A DNA stretch of 64,000 nt from an uncultured Candidatus Saccharibacteria bacterium. Lineage in GTDB: Bacteria; Patescibacteriota; Dojkabacteria; SC72; WJKH01. The notes beneath the pieces are model-generated. The model had not been told where the DNA came from and searched no databases. It worked only from the letters and a program-made list of their open reading frames with translations. Below, piece by piece: positions 39,905-47,925 of this stretch (the stretch's first letter is position 1; each line of letters opens with the position of its first letter). The stretch is from assembly GCA_964602665.1 (NCBI GenBank), contig CAZRRH010000004.1, positions 16,169 through 80,168 on the forward strand, read 5' to 3'. Position numbers and translations under genes: made by a program.

Positions 39905-40022
39905 TGGTGGTCGAGGAGGGAATTGAACCCTCACCCCAGCCAATAAGTAACAATAAATTTATTTCCTATTAGCTGGGACGGGATTTTGAGTCCCGCGTGT
40001 CTGCCAGTTCCACCACTCGACC
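39905..40022 (-). tRNA. tRNA-Leu (anticodon CAA), 118 nt, with genomically encoded CCA and an unusually long variable arm of about 44 nt.
   Basis: The minus-strand read is GGTCGAG-TG-GTG-GAACTGGCAGA-CAC-G-CGGGA-CTCAAAA-TCCCG-[TCCCAGC...30 nt A/T loop...GCTGGGG]-TGAGGG-TTCAATT-CCCTC-CTCGACC-A-CCA. The D-loop is Leu-type, the discriminator is A73, and the T-loop is TTCAATT. Confidence 0.8.
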
Positions 40023-40073
40023 ATGTCCCCTATTTTATCATTTTACCACCGCTTTTTCAACCTCCAACACAGT

Positions 40074-40115
40074 ATTAGTAATTAGTAATTAGCAATTAGT
40101 AATTCGTAATTAATA
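40074..40115. repeat. Tandem heptamer repeat, about 6 copies of ATTAGTA or near variants, between the dnaB stop and the tRNA-Leu gene.
   Basis: TATTAGTA ATTAGTA ATTAGCA ATTAGTA ATTCGTA ATTAATA. It is rich in stop codons in all frames. Confidence 0.4.
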
Positions 40116-40121
40116 ATTGTC

Positions 40122-41438
40122 TCAACTTCCTTTATATAAATTTCTAAAGCTGGCGATTTCTTTAACAAATGCAACCTCAATTTTACCTGTTGGACCATTT
40201 CTGTGTTTGGAAACAATAATATCTGCGATTCCTTTTCTCTCTGTATCCATATCGTAAGTCTCCTCTCTATCAATAAACATCACAATATCAGCATCTTGCT
40301 CAATAGACCCTGATTCTCGCAAGTCAGAAAGTTGAGGAGTTCTTGTCGTCCTACTCTCAATGGCGCGAGATAACTGTGAAAGTGCGATCACAGGTACATT
40401 AAGCTCTCTTGCAAGATTTTTAAGACCTTGAGATATCTCAGAGACCTCCAGCACTCTGTTTTCTGTATGGGTACCATGAAGTAGCTGTAAATAATCAACA
40501 AATATTATATCAACACCCTGCTCGAGCGCTAATCTCCTTGCTTTTGTACGAATCTCGTTAATGCTTTGACCTGGTTTATCATCGATAAAAATATTTGCCT
40601 CAGATAAAATCCCCATTGCATCATTAAACTTAACAAAATCATCATCTTTTAACTTGCCCGTATGAATATTCCAAAAAGGTATTCCCGACTGCATGCCAAT
40701 AAGACGGTTGATAACTTGCTCATTGGACATCTCAAGTGAGAAGAAAAGCGCTTTTTTTTTCTGCGCCACACCGGCAAATCGCAAAAAATCAAAAGCCAAA
40801 GAAGATTTACCAACAGATGGCCTTGCTGCAACAATAATGAGATCAGATTTCTGGAAGCCTCCCAGAAGATTATCAAGCTCCTTAAACCCTGATAAGACCC
40901 CAGTTAATCCAATATTCTTATCAGCTGATAAAGCTCGTTCATAAGCATCCTTTAATAATGTTTTAATGTGTACAACTTTCTGCCTTATCCCCTGCTGTGC
41001 AACAGAGAAAAGATTTTGCTCTGCATTATCAATAAGCTCTTTTATATTTAAGTTCTCATCAAAGCTCCAGTTTGTTATTTTTCCAGCTATCGAGATAAGG
41101 TTTCGTCTCAAAGCGTTTTCTCTAACGATAACAGCATATTCTTCTGCATGAGCAGATGTTGGGACAGATTCGACTAATTCGGTTAAATATGCTCTACCAC
41201 CTATCTTTCGTAGATTTTTCTCTTTTTTAAGCTTATCACTGAGAGTAACAATGTCAATCGGTAATCCTTCCTCAAATAAGCTCATAATTGCAGAATAAAT
41301 TAAAGCGTGCCTCTGATCGTAAAAATGTTCTGAAGATAATTGCTCTGCAACAGTGATTACAGCGTCTTTATCTAAAAGCATGGCTCCAAGTACACTAACC
41401 TCAGCCTCTATATTTTGTGGTGGTACTCTATCAGCCAT
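40122..41438 (-). CDS. dnaB: Replicative DNA helicase DnaB.
   Basis: NIEAEVSVLGAMLLDKDAV is the DnaB N-terminus. The Walker A is AARPSVGKSSLA, and RecA-like C-terminal motifs are present. 438 aa, no intein. Confidence 0.95.
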   Translation of the reverse strand: MADRVPPQNIEAEVSVLGAMLLDKDAVITVAEQLSSEHFYDQRHALIYSAIMSLFEEGLPIDIVTLSDKLKKEKNLRKIGGRAYLTELVESVPTSAHAEEYAVIVRENALRRNLISIAGKITNWSFDENLNIKELIDNAEQNLFSVAQQGIRQKVVHIKTLLKDAYERALSADKNIGLTGVLSGFKELDNLLGGFQKSDLIIVAARPSVGKSSLAFDFLRFAGVAQKKKALFFSLEMSNEQVINRLIGMQSGIPFWNIHTGKLKDDDFVKFNDAMGILSEANIFIDDKPGQSINEIRTKARRLALEQGVDIIFVDYLQLLHGTHTENRVLEVSEISQGLKNLARELNVPVIALSQLSRAIESRTTRTPQLSDLRESGSIEQDADIVMFIDREETYDMDTERKGIADIIVSKHRNGPTGKIEVAFVKEIASFRNLYKGS

Positions 41439-41463
41439 AAAAGCTCTTTAATAAGTAATCATC

Positions 41464-42081
41464 TTAATCTAAAATTGCAATCATCATTCTTTTGTCTTCC
41501 TCATTCGCTCTTACACCAAGTTTTAGCTCATCCATCTTCTCTGCTCCAGAAAATCCGCACTGTTTTAAGAAATCATCAACAGAAAGTAGCTCTTTATCGC
41601 CATCATACTGATAACCTGCAGGGATAAAGACTGACGGATCAATAGCAGATATTATCCTCTCTACTTTTGATATATTGGGGAATCCGTATTTATTTCCTGC
41701 TCCATCTCCAACAGCGATTATAAGAGCATCAACATCACCCATACCCTTAAGACTTGCTAGATCAAGCTCTGCACTATCATATCCTACAATTACAATTCTT
41801 TGCGTACCGCTATCTAACAATAAAACGCCATTATCATGCTTTCTAACAAGCACACCCGAGATTTCATACTCACCGTTATTTACAATTTCAAAAACAGTTT
41901 CTCTTTTATTTGGAACGATCTTACTCCCTTCTAGAACATTCTCTGTACCAGCATATTTTGCATGAGAAAAAAGCACTACATCTGCACTCTGCTTATTGCC
42001 CGATAAATTTGGATCAGTCAAAAAGACTGTATCGTCCTCTTTAATCGTAAATGATAGAAAACCCGCTGATTTAATTTTCAT
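41464..42081 (-). CDS. Hypothetical protein, possibly a degenerate metallo-beta-lactamase-fold protein.
   Basis: 205 aa. ADVVLFSHAKYAG sits where MBL-fold proteins carry HxHxDH, but the ligands are replaced. Low confidence. Confidence 0.4.
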   Translation of the reverse strand: MKIKSAGFLSFTIKEDDTVFLTDPNLSGNKQSADVVLFSHAKYAGTENVLEGSKIVPNKRETVFEIVNNGEYEISGVLVRKHDNGVLLLDSGTQRIVIVGYDSAELDLASLKGMGDVDALIIAVGDGAGNKYGFPNISKVERIISAIDPSVFIPAGYQYDGDKELLSVDDFLKQCGFSGAEKMDELKLGVRANEEDKRMMIAILD

Positions 42082-42197
42082 AAGTAAAGTTTCTAATATT
42101 AATTTCAGAAGAACTGTTTTAATATCAACAATTCAATTATGTGTTTCTGATTATAGCACAAAAGAGTTACATATTAAATAGTACCAAGCCTAAACTC

Positions 42198-42779
42198 TCA
42201 ACCATTGCTTTTTAAATACGCCACAACAACAAGTCGATTTTTTGCAGTAAAAAGCGGATGACAGGTGTATAGGGTCAAAATAGAATCTTCTGTGTTATCT
42301 TCAATCCAAGTTTCCTCTGGTGCAACAACAAAAGTCCTATCAACTTCATAATCGTACTTTTTACCTTCCCAATATATGTAAATTTTATCTCCTTTTTCCA
42401 ACTTATCGAGATTATAAAATGTCTTGTTGCTTGGTGGCGTGTATTGATACCTATGCCCTGTTATAACAGTATTTCCCCCTTTATCAGGAGTACTTGAATT
42501 AGGCCTTCTCCATGCCCCTAGTGACAAGACTTTATCGGTCCCGCCTTCTACAATATCCACATCCACCCAAATGGATGGAATAAATAATCGGTTTTCGCTC
42601 GGAATTTCGTCAGAATAATCTTGAATTATTGATTCTTGATTATTATTTGTTGTGATTTTCCTAACTTGGTAATCAACACCTGGAGCTAACGGATCAATAA
42701 TAAGATAAATACAAACCAAAATAATAAGAACTCTTAATACTTTTTTCCAATTTTTTTTAATAACTGCAAGAATATTCAT
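42198..42779 (-). CDS. Sortase (transpeptidase).
   Basis: An N-terminal transmembrane anchor, the His motif NTVITGHRY, the catalytic-Cys motif LTLYTCHP (TLxTC), and a downstream Arg in KNRLVVVAYL. Confidence 0.75.
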   Translation of the reverse strand: MNILAVIKKNWKKVLRVLIILVCIYLIIDPLAPGVDYQVRKITTNNNQESIIQDYSDEIPSENRLFIPSIWVDVDIVEGGTDKVLSLGAWRRPNSSTPDKGGNTVITGHRYQYTPPSNKTFYNLDKLEKGDKIYIYWEGKKYDYEVDRTFVVAPEETWIEDNTEDSILTLYTCHPLFTAKNRLVVVAYLKSNG

Positions 42780-42781
42780 AT

Positions 42782-43006
42782 CTATAATTGCTCAATCATC
42801 CCTTCGACTTCCCTTATTATACTATCTTTTATTTTCTTTTTTAATAAAACTGCTTTTATCGCCTCTAAACTCGAGACAGAGGCCTTGATTTGCATAACTA
42901 TTCTATCTGTAGATTCTCCTCTGTCGATCATAGATGCCACCGCATTAACTTGTCCAACGGCTCTTTTAACTCTCTCTTTTATTGTTGAAGGTCCTTTCTT
43001 TGGCAT
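42782..43006 (-). CDS. CsoR/RcnR/FrmR-family (DUF156) small regulator lacking the canonical Cys/His metal ligands.
   Basis: VKRAVGQVNAVASMIDRGESTDRIVMQIKASVSSLEAIKAVLL matches the RIEGQVRGI..MIE....C.D.L.QI.AV..AL pattern. The Cys position is Ser/Thr. It is 3 nt upstream of the sortase gene. Confidence 0.5.
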   Translation of the reverse strand: MPKKGPSTIKERVKRAVGQVNAVASMIDRGESTDRIVMQIKASVSSLEAIKAVLLKKKIKDSIIREVEGMIEQL

Positions 43007-43043
43007 AATAATTTTTATTTTAAAACTTATTGTTTAATTCTAT

Positions 43044-43066
43044 TATATACCCTCCCGGGGTATATA
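43044..43066. repeat. Intergenic copy of the palindromic element TATATACCC-TCCCG-GGGTATATA, in the divergent csoR-like/rpmE promoter region.
   Basis: The same 9-bp arms as the three coding copies, here with a 5-nt centre. Confidence 0.5.
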
Positions 43067-43151
43067 GCAAGCCTCTTGTTAAAAACGAATCTAACTAAAT
43101 CCTACAAGGCACTTGCAATTTCTAATAAAACATAATATAATAAGACTCGTT

Positions 43152-43490
43152 ATGAAAAAAGATATACATCCAAAATTTAATAGAAGTGCTGTAGTAATAT
43201 GTTCTTGCGGAAACAAGTTTACAACAGGCTCAACTCTTGATGAAATCAAAACTGAGCTTTGTTCTAAATGCCATCCTTTTTATACAGGTGAGCAAAGAAT
43301 TGTTGACACAGAGAACTTAGCTGCCAAATTTGCTAAAAGACAAGAGCAAACCAAGACACTTGGCTCTTTTAAGAGCAAAAGACAGAAAATGCAGTCTCGC
43401 AAGGAAAGAAAACAGCTCAATGTGTCAGCTACGCCAAGAGCAAATACACTTAAAGATATGCTCAAAGCATTGAAAAATGACGCTTCTTGA
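43152..43490 (+). CDS. rpmE: 50S ribosomal protein L31 (Zn-ribbon type) with a Lys-rich C-terminal extension.
   Basis: MKKDIHPKFNRSAVVICSCGNKFTTGSTLDEIKTELCSKCHPFYTG is the canonical L31 with the CxxC...CxxC motif. The start is taken at the internal Met of the 43113 ORF. Confidence 0.85.
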   Translation: MKKDIHPKFNRSAVVICSCGNKFTTGSTLDEIKTELCSKCHPFYTGEQRIVDTENLAAKFAKRQEQTKTLGSFKSKRQKMQSRKERKQLNVSATPRANTLKDMLKALKNDAS

Positions 43491-44556
43491 TAAACTAAAA
43501 CAGCTACAGACTACTCACGATACTCTTAGCCAAAAGCTCCTAGATCCAACAAAACTCACAGAAGTAGAACGCTCTACTCTATACTCAGATTTAGATTATC
43601 ACACAACAGCAATTGATCAAATAAGCAAAATTATTAAACTCCAAAAAGAGCTTGAAGACGCAAAAGAGCTGTTAAACGATAAAAGCATGCATGAAATGGC
43701 ACTAGTTGAGATTGATAAGATTAAGCAGGAATTATCAAAAACCGAATCTGAACATCGCGCCTTAGAAGTAGAACGCAAATTTAGTGATCCCGATGATACA
43801 AGATCTGCGATTATCGAAATAAGAGCCGGAGCCGGAGGTGACGAAGCAGGTTTATTTGCTTCTGACCTTCTCAAAATGTATCAATTCTATGCTACCTCCC
43901 AGGGATGGGTCTTTGAGATCATATCAACAAGTGTAAACGAATCAGGCGGATACAAAGAGATCATTGGCTCAATAAACGGCAAAAATGTTTTTAAAAAGCT
44001 CAAATATGAAAGCGGCGTCCACCGTGTGCAAAGAGTTCCTATAACAGAATCAAAAGGCCGAATTCATACATCAACAGTCTCCGTCGCAATTTTACCAGAG
44101 GCAAAAGAGATTGATGTACAGATCAAGCCGGAAGATATTAAAATAGATGTTATGCGCGCAACTGGCGCAGGCGGACAGTGTGTTAATACAACAGATAGCG
44201 CAGTAAGAATAACACATATACCAACAGGTATAGTTGTCAGCTGTCAGGAAACAAAACATCAGCTGCAAAATCGTCAAAAAGCTATGGCTATGCTTTTAGC
44301 AAGAATTTACGACAGAAAAAAGAAAGAGGAGCAAGACAAAATCGACTCTCTAAGAGCAGGACAAGTAGGCAAGATGATGCGAGCAGAAAAAATTCGCACA
44401 TATAACTACCCACAAAACCGAATAACAGACCATAGAGTTAAGCTCTCATGGCATAATCTAGATGGCATTCTAGGCGGTAATTTGGAGCAAATGCTTACAG
44501 ATACAAACGATGCTGTTATACAGGCATTAATTGAAGAAAATGACTCTGCCAAATAA
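43477..44556 (+). CDS. prfA: Peptide chain release factor 1.
   Basis: GGQ motif AGGQCVNTTDSAVRITHIPTGIVV, and the RF1-type tripeptide region RVQRVPITESKGRIHTS. 359 aa. Confidence 0.95.
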   Translation: MTLLDKLKQLQTTHDTLSQKLLDPTKLTEVERSTLYSDLDYHTTAIDQISKIIKLQKELEDAKELLNDKSMHEMALVEIDKIKQELSKTESEHRALEVERKFSDPDDTRSAIIEIRAGAGGDEAGLFASDLLKMYQFYATSQGWVFEIISTSVNESGGYKEIIGSINGKNVFKKLKYESGVHRVQRVPITESKGRIHTSTVSVAILPEAKEIDVQIKPEDIKIDVMRATGAGGQCVNTTDSAVRITHIPTGIVVSCQETKHQLQNRQKAMAMLLARIYDRKKKEEQDKIDSLRAGQVGKMMRAEKIRTYNYPQNRITDHRVKLSWHNLDGILGGNLEQMLTDTNDAVIQALIEENDSAK

Positions 44557-45412
44557 TACTACACAACTTATTCCCCTACTCTCCCAAAAAATCGATCATA
44601 TCTGTGCAGACACGGGATTAATAGCTAAAGAAATAGTCTCACATGTGATTGGCAATGACAAGAACATATACAACAAAATCTTATCAGATCAGCAAATAGC
44701 AGAAATTAACCAAATAATCGAAAAACTTAATACGAATATCCCATTGGCTTATATTCTAAAAAAAGCACAGTTCTTTTCCCTAGACCTTCACATTAACAAC
44801 TCTGTCCTAATCCCAAGGGTCGAGACAGAACAACTAGTGCAAATCGCAATTGATTATATTAAAAGATTTAAAAACAAGCCTGCTTACATAATAGACCTAG
44901 GAACAGGATCAGGAAATATAATAATTTCACTTGCAAAATTTTTACCATTTGATAATTATAAATTTATCGCTACAGATATATCAAACAAGGCTCTAAAATT
45001 GGCATCAGAAAACGCAAAGAGAAATGATGTTGATATTACATTTATTAAGTCAAATTTCCTGCAAGATATTGATCCAGAGCTAATAAGTAAGATTAAAAAA
45101 TCAGTTCATTTTATTATCAGTAATCCGCCTTATATACCCCCTAAAGTATATAATTCCCTGTCTAAAAGCGTAAAAGCACACGAGCCAAGGAAAGCTCTCC
45201 ACGGAGGCAAAAGAGGAGTCAAATATTATAATCGCATAAAAAAGCAAATCAGCAACCTTCAACTTTCTCCACAAGGCATTTTTTTAGAAATAGACCCGCT
45301 AATAAGGCGCAAAGTAGTCAAGATTTTTAAAACAGGTACAGTTGTATCTGATTCGTTTAGTAGGAAGAGATTTTTTATCAAACTAAAGAAATTGCCGGCT
45401 CATTCTCTCTAA
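44531..45412 (+). CDS. prmC: Release-factor glutamine N5-methyltransferase PrmC (HemK).
   Basis: The SAM-binding motif is IIDLGTGSGNI and the NPPY motif is IISNPPYIP. It follows prfA, a conserved gene pair. Confidence 0.85.
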   Translation: MKKMTLPNNTTQLIPLLSQKIDHICADTGLIAKEIVSHVIGNDKNIYNKILSDQQIAEINQIIEKLNTNIPLAYILKKAQFFSLDLHINNSVLIPRVETEQLVQIAIDYIKRFKNKPAYIIDLGTGSGNIIISLAKFLPFDNYKFIATDISNKALKLASENAKRNDVDITFIKSNFLQDIDPELISKIKKSVHFIISNPPYIPPKVYNSLSKSVKAHEPRKALHGGKRGVKYYNRIKKQISNLQLSPQGIFLEIDPLIRRKVVKIFKTGTVVSDSFSRKRFFIKLKKLPAHSL

Positions 45413-46781
45413 CTCCTCCGATAAGCTCTTGCATTATTAAATATTTCTGCTTAACTAGCTCTTTATTTTTAGCCTCTAAGTTAAGCCTTATAAGAGGTTG
45501 TGTGTTTGATCCTCGCAGATTAAATCTCCAGTCGTCAAATTCTATTGATATGCCATCAATTTTCTCTGTTTTACCTTCTTTAAAATGATTTTCTACTTTT
45601 TCCAAGGTCTTTTCAACACTATCCACTTTAAAATTAACTTCACCACTATTTGGATAATTCTCATAATAATAATCCATACTAGCAGCAAAATCAGCTCCAT
45701 TTGCAAGAGCATTTAGCATAATAACGATACTAATCATACCTGAGTCAGCGTAATAAAAATCTTTATAGAAAAAATGGCTACTCACTTCTGCTCCAAAAAC
45801 TGCCTGGTGCTCTTTCATCTTCTCTTTAAAATATGAGTGTCCCGCCTTGCTTATTACAGGTATTGCACCAATCTGCTTGACTTTATCGCTAATACTCCAT
45901 GTTAGACGAGGATCGTGAATAACTTTATCTCCCTCTTTAACAAGATATGGGATAAAAAAAGCCCCCGTATAAACTCCCGTTGGATTGCGACCTTTGCTAT
46001 CGATGAAAAAGACCCTGTCACCATCTCCATCTATTGCAATTCCAAGATCAAGCTTTTTATCCAAAACCATTTTCTTTATATCTTTGACATTCTCTTCTTT
46101 TAATGGATCAGGCGTATGATTTGGGAAATTTCCATCAGGCTCAAAAAACATCTTATGGACACTGATATTTAAATCGGAAAACAAATAATCAAAAAGCTTC
46201 CCTCCTATACCATTTCCTGCATCAACCGCTATTTTTATTTTTAGGTTGTAAACAGATTTATCAAGAAAGCTTGTTATTTTCTCTTTAAATGCTGGATATA
46301 TATCTAAATAATCAGCTTCTCCTACTTGTTGGCTCATAAAAGAGCTCTGTTCGCCTGATTTCACACTCTCAACCATAATATCTCTTATTGCAAACAGTCC
46401 GCTCTCTTTACTGCATGCAGATGCTCCCCTACCTACAATTTTACATCCATTATACTGCGCAGGATTATGAGAAGCTGTGACAACAGCGCCACAATCAAAG
46501 CTTTGATCACTTCCTGTCGCAAAATATAGCATTTCAGTTGCAATTTCGCCAATATCTACAATGCTAGCGCCCTCAGATAGAGCTCCTTTTATCATTGCTT
46601 TTTGATATTTGAGACTATCTTTCCTAAAATCTCGCCCAATAGCAATTTTACTGGCTTTATAATATCTAGCGGTTGCAATCCCAAGTAAATAGTAAAATTG
46701 CTCGTCAAGCTCTTCTCCTGCCAATCCTCTTATATCATAAGCATGAAATACTGATTCTATATTTGAGATAATATCAGCCAT
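45378..46781 (-). CDS. Phosphomannomutase/phosphoglucomutase (alpha-D-phosphohexomutase family).
   Basis: The active-site loop is VTASHNPAQYNGCKI. The metal-binding loop is AIDGDGDRV. 467 aa. Confidence 0.85.
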   Translation of the reverse strand: MADIISNIESVFHAYDIRGLAGEELDEQFYYLLGIATARYYKASKIAIGRDFRKDSLKYQKAMIKGALSEGASIVDIGEIATEMLYFATGSDQSFDCGAVVTASHNPAQYNGCKIVGRGASACSKESGLFAIRDIMVESVKSGEQSSFMSQQVGEADYLDIYPAFKEKITSFLDKSVYNLKIKIAVDAGNGIGGKLFDYLFSDLNISVHKMFFEPDGNFPNHTPDPLKEENVKDIKKMVLDKKLDLGIAIDGDGDRVFFIDSKGRNPTGVYTGAFFIPYLVKEGDKVIHDPRLTWSISDKVKQIGAIPVISKAGHSYFKEKMKEHQAVFGAEVSSHFFYKDFYYADSGMISIVIMLNALANGADFAASMDYYYENYPNSGEVNFKVDSVEKTLEKVENHFKEGKTEKIDGISIEFDDWRFNLRGSNTQPLIRLNLEAKNKELVKQKYLIMQELIGGVRENEPAISLV

Positions 46782-46806
46782 ACTTTTTATCTAAAAATTT
46801 ATATAT

Positions 46807-47892
46807 CTAATCTATTATTTTGACCTCACTTTCTAGCTCTACCCCATACTTTTCCATTACTTCCTCTTTCATTTTCTTTGTGACAGCCAAAATTTCCTCT
46901 CCCGTTGCTTTCTTGTTTGAGACGACACATAAAGCATGAGCTTCATGTACACCTGCATTGCCCATCCATCGCCCTTTCCAGCCTAACTCGTCAAGCAGAC
47001 GACCCGCAGGTATTTTTACATATTCCAAATCATCAACTTTTTGCCAATCTTTCAAGTCGTAGCTTAATTTATCAACAGGATAAGACTGCAAATCCTCAAG
47101 CACCGTCGCCAATTCTTTAAATTTTGCCACTGAAACAACAGGGTTTCTAAAAAAACTCCCACAGCTTCCGACTTTGTTTAAATCCGGCAATTTTCTCTCT
47201 CTTATATTTATCACAGCTTGTGCAACATCTTTTATTGTATAAGGCTCTTTTGCAAATTTAACAAGCTCTTCCTCCAAAGATACATAACGCCCTTTTCTTT
47301 CATGATAACTTGTCTCCAACTTATCTGGATCTTTTTCCAATCTAACATCGACATAAGTAATTATATATCTATCTTCACCACCTTTTAACCTAAAAATTGG
47401 TATTCGATATGTTAAATCAAACTCACTTGCAGCAAAATGAACAAATTTGCCTGTTTGAATATCAAAGGCCTCAAGCCCCACAAAGACATCACAGAAATTT
47501 TGTCCATAAGCAGCTATATTTCCCGCACAGGCACCTCCTACAGTACCAGGTATTAATGCCATGTTTTCTACGCCACCTAGGTTGTTTTCTACTGCGTGCA
47601 TTACAAAATCATGCCAATTCTCCCCTGCTCCAAGACGCATAATTACATGATCCTTTTTGTCCTCTATTATTTCTCGTCCCTTAATATCGATTTTTATAAC
47701 AACACCTTCGTAATCTTTTGTAAAAAGAATATTTGTCGCATCACCTATTATGATTCTTGGAAGATTTTTTATCTCTTCTGATTTTAATAACTGCTCTAAT
47801 TCATCACGATTTTTTATTATTGCAAAGTATTTTGCTTTTATATCAACAGCAAATGAGTTGTATTTTTTTAATGAGAAATCTTTGTGTATCAT
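46807..47892 (-). CDS. murB: UDP-N-acetylenolpyruvoylglucosamine reductase MurB.
   Basis: The FAD-binding domain motifs GGVENMALIPGTVGGACAGNIAAYG are present. 361 aa. Confidence 0.85.
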   Translation of the reverse strand: MIHKDFSLKKYNSFAVDIKAKYFAIIKNRDELEQLLKSEEIKNLPRIIIGDATNILFTKDYEGVVIKIDIKGREIIEDKKDHVIMRLGAGENWHDFVMHAVENNLGGVENMALIPGTVGGACAGNIAAYGQNFCDVFVGLEAFDIQTGKFVHFAASEFDLTYRIPIFRLKGGEDRYIITYVDVRLEKDPDKLETSYHERKGRYVSLEEELVKFAKEPYTIKDVAQAVINIRERKLPDLNKVGSCGSFFRNPVVSVAKFKELATVLEDLQSYPVDKLSYDLKDWQKVDDLEYVKIPAGRLLDELGWKGRWMGNAGVHEAHALCVVSNKKATGEEILAVTKKMKEEVMEKYGVELESEVKIID

Positions 47893-47925
47893 TGTTTTTT
47901 TATTAAAAATTATTCTTTAAATAAC

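Noticed and set aside
30682-40022. The tyrosine recombinase as an integrase of an element inserted at the tRNA-Leu gene.
   Set aside because: The recombinase and the tRNA are about 8 kb apart with housekeeping genes (ruvABC, yebC, rluD) in between, and no flanking direct repeats of the tRNA 3' end were seen. The recombinase may be a Xer-type housekeeping enzyme.
45131-45153. A partial match to the palindromic element (TATATACCCC-CTAAAG-TATATAA) inside prmC.
   Set aside because: It encodes the universally conserved NPPY-I-P methyltransferase motif (NPPYIPPKVY). The right arm is imperfect, so this is most likely a chance resemblance driven by codon usage rather than a copy of the element.
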